A stretch of DNA of 64,000 bases from the human T2T-CHM13v2.0 reference genome, Homo sapiens: assembly GCF_009914755.1 (NCBI RefSeq), contig NC_060930.1, one strand, 5' to 3'. Shown here one piece after another: positions 27,706 through 42,790 of this stretch. The notes below the pieces were generated by a model. The model worked only from the letters and a program-made list of their open reading frames with translations. It searched no databases and was not told the origin of the DNA. The first letter of the stretch is position 1, and every line of letters begins with the position of its first letter. A program made the position numbers and the translations under genes.

Positions 27706-30021
27706 TCCTTCTGGATGAGCAAAACCTTGATGCTTTCAGTAGAAGGTATTTGGAACTATGGTTGAATCTTTTCTGGGGGTATTGATGGGACTAGAGTCAG
27801 GATGAGGTGGATGAAATGCCAGGTACTTTCATCTGTATGACTTGAGAGTGTATGCATCAAATTTTGCACCCTCGAGCACCTCTCTCACCTCCACATTGAA
27901 AAAAATACATGCCAGATTAAAAAAAATGAAATTGGAAAGGATGGTTTGTAGAACTGTTAGAGCATCCATAAAACTCATTACAAAGTAAAATATATTAGTA
28001 ATAAAATGATTTTAGTAATACCTCGGGAACCACTCTAATTCCAAATCATCTCTCTGTCTCTTGTAATGGCTTTCCAATATTCTTTGAAAAATATTGAGGT
28101 TATTTTAGTTATGATATTGGTACTTTGATTTGGTTTAAATATCCTTTTATTCTTGAGATATACAATTTCAACTGAATGGCAACTATGACAGAGTTGAAAA
28201 TGTACAGAAAAATAAATTATAGATTAGACAACGTATTAATTTAAAAGCAGTTGCAAGCAAGTTACTATATTGCAATGAAAAAAAAGTTCCTAAAATTGGT
28301 AATTCAACTATTGCTGTCCTAATAGCTGAAGTCATTTTTATGTATGGCAATCCTAAATCAAAGCCATCATAAGATGCTGCAGACCTCTTAATAGCTTGGC
28401 TCCAGTGATAATGAGCCCAGGACATTAGAGCTCATTTGAGAGCAGGATTCATAATTTTTTTTACTGTGCAATTTTCCTACCTCTGGCTTTGTCTCAAAGA
28501 CATAGCCACACATGGAGAAGGACACTGATAATAAGAGAGTTTGACATTCTTTATAATTTTTCTTTTGCCAGGATCCTTATAATCCTTGAATCAAAATGAT
28601 TGAAGCAGTTATTTTTAAAAATAGAAGCTAGATTTAAAATGTATTATTTTGTGCCTCTTTTGACATTATTTTGTTTAGAGCACCTTTAAAAACTCTACTG
28701 GTGATTAAAATATTGAAACTATAACAGTATTTTTGGCATGATTTTTAAATACTTCTTTCAGCTATATACTTCTCTAACTTATTGGCTTATTATTTGATTT
28801 AATTGTCCTTAGGCAGTGTTAATTATGAGAGTTTGCCGAGTTTCTTCTTGGGAATTTGAGAATAAAGGATGCGGGAAAGAGGAGGTGGGTGGAGGATGGA
28901 TATAAACTGTTTTTTCAATGTACTGAAGGCATTTCAGATTACCAGAAGAATCACAGAGACAAGGGACCATTTAGCCATAGGGTTAAACCTGTCACTTTAC
29001 CTACCCCACAAATAAGTAACTATGGCAACTCACTGAAAGTGCTTAGCTACCATGGGAGTGGATGGAGTTCGTGCTTTGTGGGGACAATGCTGTGGGACCT
29101 CTATGCCCCCATCCATAAGGGACCCTGGGAATTGCCTTCTAGCAGAGAGGCCAACTCACATTTCAAATAAGTATTTTTCCCTCCTCAACTGCTTTTCTAA
29201 GCTTTGCACATTAACACTGACCTAGTGCACCATTTAAAAGTCCTAAATATATCACACAGTCGCCAGCCCAATCAAGGTGAGTGGTCAGACACCAGCATGC
29301 TGTGCACAGTATGCTAGTTGGCCTTAGAGTAATACAGGGTACACCATTTATGTCCAGTTAACCAGGTGACCCTCTAGTTGCTTTATTAAGCACAGGCTTG
29401 ACTGTCAAACAGGTCACAAGGAGGACAAAAAGTGTCCTTGCATCGTATGAAAAGAGTTGCTTGAAATCACAGAATACCCTCTATTAATTGCTAAAATCCA
29501 ATTTCCACCTGAAGACATGCCTCCATGACTCGTGAGAAAAATCAATTATTTAGGTAAATAGGATCTGCAACTCAAACACTCAGACCTATTAGAGTATCTA
29601 GCAGCATGCCAGGAGATAGACTGAGCTGCAAGATAAATATGGAACCATCTTGTGGAATATAAATTTCAGTTAAAGGTTTTAAGGAGTATATAATAAGGAA
29701 AGCATTGTTTTATATTAAAATGTATTCAATTATATTATGGGATGGAACTGAAAGTTCACATGCAGTTTTCAGATGTGTCCCCCAAAGTTAATATATTTCC
29801 TGGGTACTCATTCACACTCTTCTGCCAATAGTATTAATGCTTTGGGAAATGTTTGAGAAGTGTTGTTCCAGTGGAAATGAGCCTGTGGGTTCACTGATTC
29901 ATTTATCCATTCATTCATTTATTCCTTCATACAGTATATAGCTTTCAAGCCACTTTTATGGACTATTTTATTAACTTTGAATATCAAAACCAATAAAATA
30001 GACTTTGTGTCTGCTTTGTGA

Positions 30022-30339
<318 letters not shown>

Positions 30340-30720
30340 ATGAGTAACAATTTTTAAAATAAAAATAAATAGCAAATGATGAGTAAAGTACAACAATAAA
30401 TCAAACAAAATGCTATTAGGACCATATGGCAGAAAAACAACAGAATCTTAGAAGAGTTAGGGAAGACTTCCCAAAGGAAGTGGCAATTAACCTGAGATTT
30501 TTAAAGATGAGCAGGAGAATTTCAGGCAAATAAAACTTGCAGTGGGGTTGGGAGTAGGTGGATGGACCATGATATTCCAGGTGAATAATTGAGCACTTTA
30601 GCTTGGGAGGAGGGCCCTAAATGAGAAAGTATATGACCTATTTCAGGAACTGAAAGAAATTTGGAATGCTTGGAATATAAAGTGTGGGGCAAATGATGGA
30701 GGACAAAGAGGCAGCAGGGA

Positions 30721-31084
30721 TAATATAGTTTGGCTGTGTCTCCACCCAGATCTCATCTTGAATTGCAGTTCCCACAATTCCCAAGGGTCATGGGAGGGAC
30801 CTGGAGGGAGGCAATTCAATCATAGGGGCAGGTCTTTCCCATGCTTTTCTCGTGATAGTGAATAAGTCTCACGAGATCTGATGATTTTATAAAGGAGAGT
30901 TCCCCTGCACATGCCCTCTTGCCTGCCACCATGTAAGACGTGACTTTGCTCTTCAAGTACTTTCTGCCATGATTGTGAGGCCTCCCCAGCCATGTGGAAT
31001 TGTGAGTCAATTAAACCTCTTTCCTTTATAAATTACCCTGTCTTGGGTATTTCTTTATTAGCAGCATGAGAATGGATTAATACA
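30721..31084 (+). mobile_element. THE1 (MaLR) solo LTR
   Basis: TAATATAGTTTGGCTGTGTCTCCACCCAGATCTCATCTTGAATTG...TAAACCTCTTTCCTTTATAAATTACCC...TAATACA; near-TSD AGGGA/AGGCA. Confidence 0.9.
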
Positions 31085-32379
31085 AGGCATTAGAGGGAAA
31101 GAGTGGGGAGAGGTAAAGTTGAAAGACAAGCAAGAAGCAGATCATGAAACGCTTTGTGAGCCTTGTTAGTGAGTTTCAGGGAAATCCCTCTAACTGCAAT
31201 GTGGAAAATGAATTGGAAAAGTCAGAAGAGGAAAATTCATTAAAAGGATGTGAAGTAATTAAAGGGATTTAGGATAATGGCCTGAACTAAGAAAGTGGCA
31301 GTGGGAATGAATAATATGAATGGACTGACAGGATTTTTTTTGTATTTTGACTCAGCAGGTGTTGGTAGCATTAGATATAGAGAGTGGGGAGGAAGAAGGC
31401 TCTAGGCATGATGCTCAGATTGCTGATTTGGTTAAAGGAAGCAGAGAAAGATACATCTGGAGAGGAAACAAGAATCCCCACTTTTTGTTTTGTTTTTTCC
31501 AGTTCCTGATAGATAGCCATGCTCAAGTGTCCCAGTGGCAGTTGAGTATTTAGAGTCAAAGCTCAGGGGAGAACTCTAGCTGGTGATAATGATTTGGGAA
31601 TTTTGGCATAAAAATACTCATTTGAACCCAGGGAAATGGGAGGTAACATCCAGGATAAGCTTGTAGAAGGAAGAGACTGTGTAGTAGGAACACAGGGAAA
31701 GATATCAACACCAGAGAGGAAGAGATGCTTTGCTTGAGGGTGTACTCTACATTTAAATTTTTCTCTTTGAGAGAAGAATCATGACAATAAGAAATTTGAT
31801 TTATTCCATATTTCAGATTGTTTTGAAAGTGGTATGTCACTAATGAAAGGAGTGTGAAGTGAATACTGTTGACATTCCTGAGAAATGTATCTGGGGGGCC
31901 TTAAAATCTGTAAATATCATAAATATCATACGAATCCTAAGAAATTCTGGGATTTAAGGATGAGTGGGAGACTTAGGTTCTTGGTTCTGTGTTGTAAGTC
32001 ATTCTCCAAGTGTAGCAGGACCATAGCACTGATGAAAATGATTTATACAGTAGTCTTATGATCCAATGCCCATGTATGAACAAAGGTTACTGTTCCTGTC
32101 TTCTAAATTGGGGTTCCCAGTGTAATACAGGAAGACTACTGTGTGCTAGTAAACAGAAAGCACAATCCACATTTGACCATATTTTCCTCGTTGGATGTGT
32201 TTATGGATATATTTTATTCTGCTTTTATCTTTCTGAGATTAATGCCTTATCTGGCCTTTTTTCCTATGAGTACCTTTGGTTATAAAGAACTTCGCATTGC
32301 TACATTATCAATTTTCAGCCTCTCTTCTTTTTTATTTTTAATTTCTTTGCCACCTCTTCTTAATACATAATGCTCTTTC

Positions 32380-32749
32380 TTCCTTCGTTCCTCCCCCTCT
32401 CTGTTTCTTCCTTCCTCCTTTCTTTCTTGCTTTCTTCTTTCTTTTCTTTATTCTTTCTTTTTTTTTTTTTTTCAAGGTCTTGACGTGTTGCCCAGGCTGG
32501 AGTGCAGTAGTGAAATCATGGCTCACTGCAGCCTCAACCTCCTGGGCTCAAGCAATCCTTCCACCTCCGCACCCCCAAGCAGCTGGGACTACAGGCAAGG
32601 GCCACCATGCCCAACTAATTTATTTTTGTTTTTCATAGAGATGAGGTCTCACTATGTTGCCCAGGCTGCTCTCAAACTCCTGGGCCAAGTGATCCTTCTG
32701 CCTCAGCCTTTCAAAGTGCTGGGATTACAGACATGAGCCACCTCACCCA
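32380..32749 (-). mobile_element. AluJ SINE with extended CT-rich tail
   Basis: CACTGCAGCCTCAACCTCCTGGGCTCAAGCAATCC, GGTCTCACTATGTTGCCCAGGCTG. Confidence 0.88.
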
Positions 32750-33533
32750 AACTTTTCTTTTTTTTTGAGAGATTCTTAAACTAGATTGTACTTACGATAA
32801 ATGTTGACTGATTCATTACCTTCAACAGTGCTTTCAGCCTCTGATGGTTCAGAGAAATGATTGTGTATACTTTATATTTCACCTGAATCAGGTTTCGGTT
32901 GAGACAATAATTTTCTGAGTATGTCTCCACTTCACAAAATTAATTTATTTTCAACTTTTCTCTAGTTTTACCACTCTTTTGATAAATAATCTTACAGTGG
33001 AGGAAGACTTATTGAAACAATTTCATCACTTTTTTTTCTCTTGTTTGCCTCAGAGTATGGTTGATTCATTCTCTCCCTAGGTTGGAGCCATTGCAGAATC
33101 AATATTTTACTTTTAACTGACTCCAAAATATATACATTCTAGCTAAGTACTTTCAGCACTATGAGTTGTCCTTCTTTTAAAGAGAAATTTTTTTAAAATG
33201 ATATCATTAAAAACAAGCCATTCCATGATTTATTGTATAAGAGAAGATAAGTACGGAGTTGTAAACCTGCAATAGAATAATACCCTGGATATCCACCTTC
33301 ACTGATGAGTTTAACTGACTCATTCTTACCTGTTAACCAAATGCTTTTGAGAGTCAAAGGCAGGGTCTGAGAGGAATTATCAATGAATATTTGTAATGAA
33401 TCATTGAGGTCGCTTGTGAATAGTTGAAACTTCCAATATTAAGGCTGTGTAGGCCAAGAATCTAGTTATCCTTTCAGAAATTTTTTTTTCTGACCACCTA
33501 CTCTGTGCCTTAAGCAAAAGTACCTGCCCTTCT

Positions 33534-33806
33534 TTCTTTCTTTCTTTTTTTTTTTTTTGAGAGCATGGTGTGGTCTCGGCTCACTGCAACATTCGCCTCC
33601 CGGGTTCAAGCGATTCACTTGCCTCAGCCTCCTGAGTAGCTGGGATTACAGGCGCCTGCCACCAAGCTGGGCTAATTTTTGTATTTTTAGTAGAGACAAG
33701 GTTTCACCATGTTGGCCAGACTGGTCTTGAACTCTTGACCTCATGATCTGCATGCCTGAGCCTCCCAAAGTGCTGGGATTACAAGCGTGAGCCACCATGC
33801 CCGGTC
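33534..33806 (-). mobile_element. AluS (Sg/Sc-like) with ~30-bp internal deletion and 15-bp TSD
   Basis: AGTACCTGCCCTTCT at 33519-33533 and 33807-33821; the GTCTCGCTCTGTCGCCCAGGCTGG segment is absent. Confidence 0.9.
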
Positions 33807-34262
33807 AGTACCTGCCCTTCTCTAAAGGCACTTGCTTGCAGTCTTTGGAGGAGATAAGCTTTGATCAACTCATCAACCTAATGGCAAGTATCATTTGACT
33901 TGAGAAAAGATAAGAAACAGGGTTCTCAATAGTGTGATCTACAAGATAGACAGCAGTCAGTAGACGCTTGCTTCTCTGAGGAAGTGACTCTTGGAAGAAT
34001 TAGTAAGAGCTAGGTGGGCAAATTCGTGTAAGACAGAAGGTTGAGAAAGATGTTTTCAGAGAAGGCTCCACAGGAACATAGTTCCTCTCCTGCTGTATTA
34101 TGGAGAGAACATGGAGCCTTCAGAGATATAAAAATGTCATTGTGGCTGGAATGCAAAGATGAAGGGAAAGAGTTTGAATTGAGGAAGGGATCAGAGCATG
34201 CAAGGATTTAAAGATTACTTTAAGAATTTGGTGCATTATACTCATTAAATGATGTTTGCCAC

Positions 34263-34460
34263 TTGGGTCAACAAACATTCTGTAAAGGCTTAGATAGTAA
34301 GTATTATAAATATTGCAGGTGATATGGTCTCTGTTGCAATTACTCAACTCTGCTGTTGTAAGGGAGAAGCAGATATAAACAATATGTATGTGTGAGTAGA
34401 TGTTTCCATAAAGCTTTATTTACAGAAACAAGCCATGACAGTATCTGGCATATCTCCTGA
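34263..34460. mobile_element. hAT-Charlie MITE, MER58A-like
   Basis: GGGTCAACAAAC...CTGTAAAGG...GGTCTCTGTTGCAATTACTCAACTCTGCTGTTGTA...CTTTATTTACAGAAACA. Confidence 0.75.
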
Positions 34461-35149
34461 TCAGATAAATCCTCATGTTGCTGCCTTATTTCCCAATGTC
34501 TCCGTTTGAACTAGTGCAGGGATATTTTGGAGACTTTAGCAATGCCTAGTCAGCAAGCATCAGTGTACTTTAGACATTGAAAATCGGGTTAGGAAAAAAA
34601 AAATATGGACTGCTTTGATTTTCCTTTGAAGTAATGTCACAAGAAGAAAACAGCAAGCTGGTTCATTTGCCAAGGAAGGAAGAGCATGAAAGACAAAATG
34701 AAATGCCAGTAACTAGGTACTAGAGGAAAGGAGTGCTAAGAAAATGTTCAAAAGGGATCTTGAAAAGCAAAGATCACTTGGTAGATGAACTTGTTCAAAG
34801 TGTTCGCTAACTCACCTCTTGCAAGAACAAACTATCTTGCAAGGCTCTACTGCAACATGTCTGATACACAGCACCTGCAGTCAACAGACTCTGTAGTTGC
34901 AAAGTATTGAGTTTTGTGCTCAAGCTATAGAAGTTAATGGACTGTCATAACATTGTTCAGATGAAACCCAGCAAAGCTTAACAGACTAAGGTGGATTTTG
35001 CCTCCCCTTTTAATCCAGTGCTAATTTCTTTGAGTAATCTCAGAAAACTTTTTTATGCTAAAGTGATTCATTTATAAAGTTCTTGTCAAAACAACCAGTG
35101 TATTTAAAATATTTTGGAATTATAATACAGGACACAAATGAAAGAAGAT

Positions 35150-35360
35150 ATTTATACTAGGCAGATGGGCTAGGTTATGCTGCAATAATGAACAACCCCA
35201 AAATCTTAGTGGTTGCAAACAACAAACTTTTTTCTCCCACTCACAATACAGGTTCATCATAGTCAGCAGGGGGCTCCAGGAATCATAATTGCTGATATAG
35301 CCACCTGACAGATCAGTAACCTCAGTGTAGCTGGTGGCCATGAGAAAAGGCGATAATCAT
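35150..35360 (-). mobile_element. MaLR LTR fragment, MLT1J-like
   Basis: GCTAGGTTATGCTGCAATAATGAACAACCCCAAAATCTTAGTGG... Confidence 0.6.
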
Positions 35361-36650
35361 CTTTCATATCAAATATTAGAACAATGCAAGAGAAATATGG
35401 TGATTTTACTCTCTATATCAATATCACACACACTAACACTTGGTGTGCATTTTAGAATATCTTGCTGGTTCCCAGTAAATATGTCAACTTTTTGCACTAT
35501 ATACCGCTTGAAATGTCAATACTGCACAAATACGCGTAGTCTGCTGACAGTAACCTGCCAGGTTCTAGACTTCCATATTGATTACTGTTAGCAAAATGTG
35601 TAGGTGAAATTTTTGTAGGGTACGCACGTGACCATTCACAGAAGGCAAGAGGTTCTCTTTGGAATTTAATTTTCTGTGTGAAAAATAAATCACTTTTTTG
35701 TGTGTGTGGAACATTTCTCATGGAATAATGGGTCATATTAGGTTAAGTTTAGGAAACTGATGTTTATTGAGCTGTGCACATATCTGCTAAAGGAATTTCA
35801 CATCTATAAATAAATAAGCTTATTTTTCCATGGTGTCAGAGAGATAATGAGACTTTCATATAAAACTATTTTTGCCAGCTGAAATATCATGATTGTTATT
35901 CTAATATTTCCTCCACAAAGACTTAGTGAACTGCATGTCCATTTTAGAAAGTTGGAGTAGATATTTTAATTTTTTCTTGCTTCTTGAGAACTACTATCAA
36001 CAATAAAAAAAGCTTTGATTTTAACGTGTATATCTTAAGATTTCTTTTGATCAATACTAATGAAAATAAACCTGAAAAGCGAATCATTGGACAAATGTGA
36101 GATTTTTCCTTTAATTTATACATTAATTGATGTAAGATAGTATTTAGAAAGTTTCAATCCTTTCCAGTTACAATTGTAATTGTCACTTACCTCAAACTAA
36201 ACAAACGGACTCTTTCCCATATTTTTCTACTTGGTGAAGGACATTCTAATCATCTAGATGCCTAAGTCAGAAACCTAGGCATCATCCCTTCATTCTTTCT
36301 GTTCCTCACAGTCACACTTAATTAATTGAACGATTTTCGGTCCCTACATACTTCCTGATTTCCTCCCCTGTGCCCTACTGCTTCTCTCCCTAACTCAGAT
36401 AATGATTTCTCGACTATCCTATTTTAAGATCAGGCTATTTTGTCTCCTTGCAATGATCTCTCTATAACCTAGTAATATCAAGCCCTAATGAAAAGTCTTT
36501 GGTCGGCTTCTGTCACCCAGGATAAACGTGAAACTCCTGAGAGTTGGATCTACTTCCTTTCAGCATCTCACCCTTGCCTGCACTTCTAGCCTCCACTCTC
36601 AAAACTCTTTCACACACCATTTGAACCTGAGACATTAAAAATGCCTTCCA

Positions 36651-36960
36651 GGGCTTGGTGCAGTGGCACACACCTGTAATCCCAGCACTTTGGGAGGCCA
36701 AGGCCAGCAGATCACTTGAGCTCAGGAGTTCGAGACCAGCCTGGGCAATATGCGAAACCCCATCTCTACCAAAAAAAAAAAAAAAAAAAAATTGCTGGGC
36801 TTGGTGGTTGAGCCTGTCGTCCCAGCTACTCAGGAGGCTGAGGTGGGAGGATCCCTTGAGTTCAGAAGTTCAAGGCTGCAGTGAGCAGAGATTGAGCCAC
36901 TGCACTCCAGCATAGGTGACAGAGCCAGAGCCTGTCTCAAAAAGAAAATAATAATAATAA
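36651..36960 (+). mobile_element. AluJ SINE inserted in L2; central linker expanded to ~A21
   Basis: GATCACTTGAGCTCAGGAGTTCGAGACC, GGGAGGATCCCTTGAG...GTTCAAGGCTGCAG; TGCCTTCCA on both flanks. Confidence 0.9.
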
Positions 36961-37789
36961 TACTGCCTTCCAGTTCCTCCAAAATAACATGTCTTTCCTT
37001 GGTAAATACTCTTCTTACTGCTTTCAGCAGACATTCAACCCACAGGTCCCAGGTCGTTGACTCATTCTCATCTCTTAATTGCTAGCCAGGCCTTTGGGAA
37101 GCCGTTCTCTAGTTCCTACTCAGTTAGGCACCCAACCTCTCTGCTCTCATAGCACATAGGCTGTCCCTCTAACATAGCATGAGTCACACGCTTTCCAAAC
37201 TGGTGTTTACCTGCTTGTCTTCTTTACTGCATTGCTCCTTGAGGTAGCAAGGATGTCTTCTTTATTAGCTTTTTTATACTGAGAAAATTTTAAAATACAG
37301 GAAAAGAAACATGATAAAATATATACCCACATTCCTAACTCATAGAAATAACTGTTGACATTTTGTCATGTTTTCTTTTCTTACTAGAGAAAGAAAATGA
37401 GATAAAACTAACCTGCATTTCTATCCTACTTTTCTGCCTGTCTTAGAGGCAAACACCAACACAGGTTTGTTGTCAATTTCCTTCCCATTAAAAATACTTT
37501 TACATACCTACTGTGTATCTATAGCCAACAGATCTTATATTTATGTGGTGTTTGCGTTTTTCCAATTTTAGAAATGGTTTCCTACCTTTCTTAACCTACG
37601 ACTTCTGACAATTTTATTTCAAAATTATGCCAATATGTATAGATCTCAAAAACATAACATTGAGTGAATATGCCAATAGGTAGAATGTCATGTAAAGTTT
37701 AATTTTTGTCAATTTTATGAGTGAAAATTGTATATCACTGTTGTTTTTATTTACCTTTTTTTACCAGTTTTTTTCCAGTTTTGTTTTAT

Positions 37790-38604
37790 TATTATTTTAT
37801 TTTATTTTATTATACTTTAAGTTTTAGGGTACATGTGCACAATGTGCAGGTTAGTTACATATGTATACATGTGCCTGCTGGTGTGCTGCACCCATTAACT
37901 CGTCATTTAGCATTAGGTATATCTCCTAATGCTATCCCTCCCCCCTCCCCCCACCCCACCCCACAACAGTCCCCAGAGTGTGATGTTCCCCTTCTTGTGT
38001 CCATGTGTTCTCATTGTTCAATTCCCACCTATGAGTGAGAACATGCGGTGTTTGGTTTTTTGTCCTTGTGATAGTTTACTGAGAATGATGATTTCCAGTA
38101 TCGTCCATGTCCCTACAAAGGACAGGAACTCATCATTTTTTATGGCTGCATAGTATTCCATGGTGTATATGTGCCACATTTTCTTAATCCAGTCTATCAT
38201 TGTTGTACATTTGGGTTGGTTCCAAGTCTTTGCTATTGTGAATAGTGCCGCAATAAACATACGTGTGCATGTGTCTTTATAGCAGCATGATTTATAGTCC
38301 TTTGGGTACATACCCAGTAATGGGATGGCTGGGTCAAAGGGTATTTCTAGTTCTAGATCCCTGAGGAATCGCCACACTGACTTCCACAATGGTTGAACTA
38401 GTTTACAGTCCCACCAACAGTGTAAAAGTGTTCCTATTTCTCCATATCCTCTCCAGCCCCTGTTGTTTCCTGACTTTTTAATGATTGCCATTCTAACTGG
38501 TGTGAGATGGTATCTCATTGTGGTTTTGATTTGCATTTCTCTGATGGCCAGTGATGGTGAGCATTTTTTCATGTGTTTTTTGGCTGCATAAATGTCTTCT
38601 TTGA
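37790..38604 (-). mobile_element. 5'-truncated L1PA3-like element (last ~190 codons of ORF2 + 3'UTR), inserted in an old L1M
   Basis: ORF 38018-38572(-) = ORF2 C-terminus ...LIGGN; 3'UTR AATGCTAAATGACGAGTTAATGG and ACTTAAAGTATA (non-Ta, older than L1PA2); T-rich tail at the left. Confidence 0.9.
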
Positions 38605-40759
38605 TGAATAATGAGATTTAACTTTTTCCCATTGACCATTCACATGTTCCCAACTCTGAATTTCTAGTAAATTCATGTTTTTCCAGAGAATGAAAGAGTG
38701 AATGGCCACTGTCTTGAGGAAATGGGAGTATTCTAGATGCATAGTCAGGCAGTGTGATTAGTATAGTGCAAGAATGGTAGGAAAGGATGGAGAGGACAAT
38801 GGGAAAACACCTTGCTAAAAAGTTTGGATTTTGTCTTCTAGTGATAGAAATGTACTGATGGTCCCTGACATGGGTAACAGCTGCTTTAGAGCTGAATTTC
38901 AAGAATCAGCTTGTGAACAATGCTTTGGAGATTAAGACAGTAGGAAGGAGAAGATTTGAAGCAGTAAAGTGATTTAGAAAACTATTTCAATGGACCAGAC
39001 AAGAAATGGTAATGGCCTGAAATGAGTGGAGGGAGTGGAAATGAAGTCACATGGCTGCAGTTGCCATTTATTGGAGAAACTGAATTTCAGGGATTTGGAT
39101 CAGGTCAAGGTATGTTATGCACATAAACCAAATATTAATGATATTTATTTAGTGTGCACCAGTGATATTTGTTTTTTCCTTCGCTAAACTGAAGATTAAG
39201 GCAATCAGAACCTAGTAAACATTGCTGAATTCACCATTGTATCCCCCAGTGCTAATACACAAAAAGTATACAATGAATTCTACTACCTACCTTTCGCAGT
39301 GTGGCTATCCTTGCAAATTTCACCCTTTCCCTTCCTTTCAGTCATTCTTGTTTCCCCATGCTCCATAGATCATTTAGCCACCACATCTTTTTGTGTTATT
39401 TTGTTTTCTGCAATGATGCTGGTATAATTCAGAACTACTAGCAAAATCTCATCTCTAGCTTCATGTGATATTTTCCTGCTTATAAACTACCCATATTCTT
39501 GCTGTGCTATAGTCAATATGTGTAACTCTTCTGAGGCCTCCTCATTCATTGCAGATGTTTGCAAACTTACCTCTCTTCTTAAGGGCCCATTCGTATGTAC
39601 TTAAATAGGAAGATCATCAGAGACAAGTATCCACATGTGAACTCCCTTAGCTACTGTTCTTTTCTCTAAATTTCTCTTTTTCTCTGTTCAAAAAATTTCC
39701 AACTTTCAACTTTGTGGACACTTCTGGAAAAAAAGAAAGTCGTGTCTTACCAATTTTGCAGAATTGAATTACAAGTTTCTCATACTAAGACATTTTTCTA
39801 TGGAAGAAACAAGGTTCTTTTGTAGAGATGAGAATTTAAATGATTTTTTTTTTTTTTGCAATGGGAAGAGAGATTTCTCACTAGTCTTACTGGTTTTCAT
39901 CTGACTTTATAGTTTAAAATTGATAGCCATTTTGATGGCAACACACATGGTTTAGTTAAATTTTACTCCGTCCTCAGTTTTCCTGAGGGAGTATCAGCTA
40001 CTGTGTTTTCTTTACAAAACAACATAAATTCCATGTATCCACCCTGGGAATCACTTCACTGCGTTGAATCTGGATAGGAAATAAAGATTCATGAATATTT
40101 CACAATTTACTAGGAACCATCACTTTCTTGCTCTTCCGTGTGGATTTTCTACTAATTAGTTACTTGGTATGTCTAAGATACGTTATTTTTATTATACAAA
40201 GACTGTATCACTTTTTATTCCTTTGATATAAATCATAATACAGTGTCTGATAAGTACAGCTTTTTAAAAACTCTTTTCATAGACTGTCTTATTCTTTTTA
40301 GATTTATGCCCATGATGTGCATGGTCCTGAATGTGGAATGGGTCTCTCTGAAGAAAAGTGGGTCAGATGGTTGCTTGTGCATATTGGAAAGAAACTGATA
40401 GCTTCCTGGTCTCTTTTGAAGGGTGCTGTTGTAAAATACAGATTAGTCAAGGTTTACAGTGCTGTTACTAGCCTGAACACTTCAAACCACCATGCAGTTT
40501 AAAACTATTCAGTGCTTATGGCAAAATTCAGGTCTTTTGATGTTGGGGCAGGAGTAGACATTTTATTGGAATGTAAGGCAAAAATAGAGATGAAAACATT
40601 GAATCATTTTTGGTGGGGGGATTGACTTACCTTAATAATAATTTTTTATACCTTTAAATCCAGAAATGTCAAGAAAATGACACACAAGAACAAAACAAAA
40701 GAAAAATTCAGTTTAGAGCCTGCTTAAAAATCTGACATTGATCTTCCAATGCCTTAAAA

Positions 40760-42790
40760 ATGTTTTTATTATGAAAAAATTTGAACATATAAAAAATGGA
40801 AGATATGGTATAAGGAACCCTCAAGTACACATTACTTGCTTCAATAATTATCACCCATCAACTAATTTTTTTTTTCATCTGTAACCCTACCAACTGTTCT
40901 CCTTTCCCACTGGAATATTTTGAAGCAAATCATCATATCATATAATCTGTAATCTGCAAATATTTAAGTATGCATATCTAAAAGTTAGAATTCTTTTTAA
41001 AATCATAATCTCAGTATAATGACACACTAAAAAATGAACAATAATTATTTCATCCCATCAAATATTGACAAGCTATTATTCTTTTACTATATATTGGCTA
41101 GAATTTTATGTAAAGAAAAGCTTTTCACCATTGACTCTTATTTACCTACAGGTAGAATTCAAACAGGAAAGCAGATCAAATACTTGATTCTTTCTTTTTA
41201 TTTCCCAGTTTTTAGAAAAAATGAGTTGGTTTACTAGTATCCTTTAATGATAACCAGTTTGCTTTTTGTATCTCTATGAACTCATAGATTTTAAATATAT
41301 TTGATATGTTTCGATTCATTGCAGTTATGATTCTTTTCAATAATCAAATTGTCTCATCTTTGGTTGGTAAGAGTGTCTTCAACTTGGCTTTCTAGTCCTT
41401 TAAACTCAGTTTTCCTTAATGATTCTCATGCTTTTCAGTGTTAAGATGTGGTAGGATTGTTTTGCATATTTCCTGTCCTGGTTTTAGAAACAGTCATTTC
41501 TTGGAGGAGCCCTGGTTCCTTATAGTGAAAAAGGGTATTTCAAGACCACAGGTCGGTAGGGCTGTTCACTGTTAATATGTAGGTTGTTTCTAGGTCTTTT
41601 CAGTGGATCAGGTGGGAAATATATATTTCAAATAGAGAAAATACATTATAGTTTATTCTGACATGCCCATTTAGGAATATGAGGCTTATAGTTAAATTCA
41701 TTAATTTCATATTTGTATCTTTTTTCTCATCCACTGAAAGTTTTGATTCCTAATAACTTATTTGCTCTATCATAGCTCTCTATATATCATTTCATAATAA
41801 TAATAGAAATATTATCATATACAACATAGTGGCTGAAATGACTTTGAAAGATTTCTTAGCCACGATTTTATATTTATAAAGCATCCCACTAGGCATCTAC
41901 AATCAAATTACCTTTTTTTAAAAAAAAATCACTTGAAAAAATTATTTTATGGTTAAGCCACCAAACAACTTCATTTGCTTCATTTGACTTTTTGCCTGAA
42001 AGTATTTTAAATATTTGTTTTATAATGATGTAAAAACTTTTACATAGTTTCAAGGTCAAATTTGCAAAATAAGTTATATTCAGAGACTAGACTCTCTAGA
42101 TCCATTCATCCTGTTTTCTTCCTCACTAATGTGTAACCATTTTATTTAGGGTTATCTTTCCATTTGTTAGAAATATTATATATATAAATAGTTTGTTTAA
42201 ACAGTCCGCTTAAGAATATTTTTCTAGTCTTTTGCTGCTACAAATAATCTTGCAATCAGTTGTTTTGTGCACGTGTCTTTTGCTTTTTGTCATTGCATCT
42301 TTAGGATAGTTTGTTTTTTTTTTTTTGTTTTTTTTTTTTTTTTTGAGGCAGAGTCTCTCTCTGTCACCCAGGCTGGAGTGCAGTGGCAGGATCTCAGCTC
42401 ACTGTAAACTCTTGCTTCCCAGGTTCAAGTGAGTCTTCTGCTTCAGCCTCCCTAGTAGCTAAGACTACAGGCGTGTGCCCCACACCTGGCTTTTCTTTTT
42501 TTCGCATTTTTGGTAGAGACGGGTTTCACCATTTTGGCGAGGCTGGTCTCAAAGTCCTGACCTTGGGATCCAACCGCCTCGGCCTCCCAAACTGCTGGGA
42601 TTACAGTTGTGAGCTACCGTGCCCTGCCAGGATAGATTTCTAAAAGTGTGATTACTCAGTCAAAAGGTAAAAGTAGATAAATTTATTAGATGTTGTCAAA
42701 TTCTTCTTTGGGAGTAATGCCATTTTCCAATCCTAAGATCAGCATGTGAGAATGTGTTCTGTTTCCATAGGTTCTCCAACAAATTATATT
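40760..42790 (-). mobile_element. L1MC-type LINE 3' region
   Basis: TTTTTATTATGAAAAAATTTGAACATATA...TTTTGAAGCAAATC...GGAGCCTGGTTCCTT, as in L1MC 3' ends; boundaries approximate. Confidence 0.65.
42310..42628 (-). mobile_element. AluS SINE (diverged)
   Basis: Poly-T, GAGTCTCTCTCTGTCACCCAGGCTGGAGTGCAGTGG...; AGGATAG on both flanks. Confidence 0.9.

Noticed and set aside
38018-38572. 184-aa ORF as an independent gene
   Set aside because: It is the ORF2 C-terminus of a promoterless, truncated L1PA3 copy.
39960-40086. Possible minus-strand exon after CTTTATTTCCTATCCAG
   Set aside because: The frame read from the acceptor stops after 23 codons with no recognisable product; such acceptors occur often by chance.
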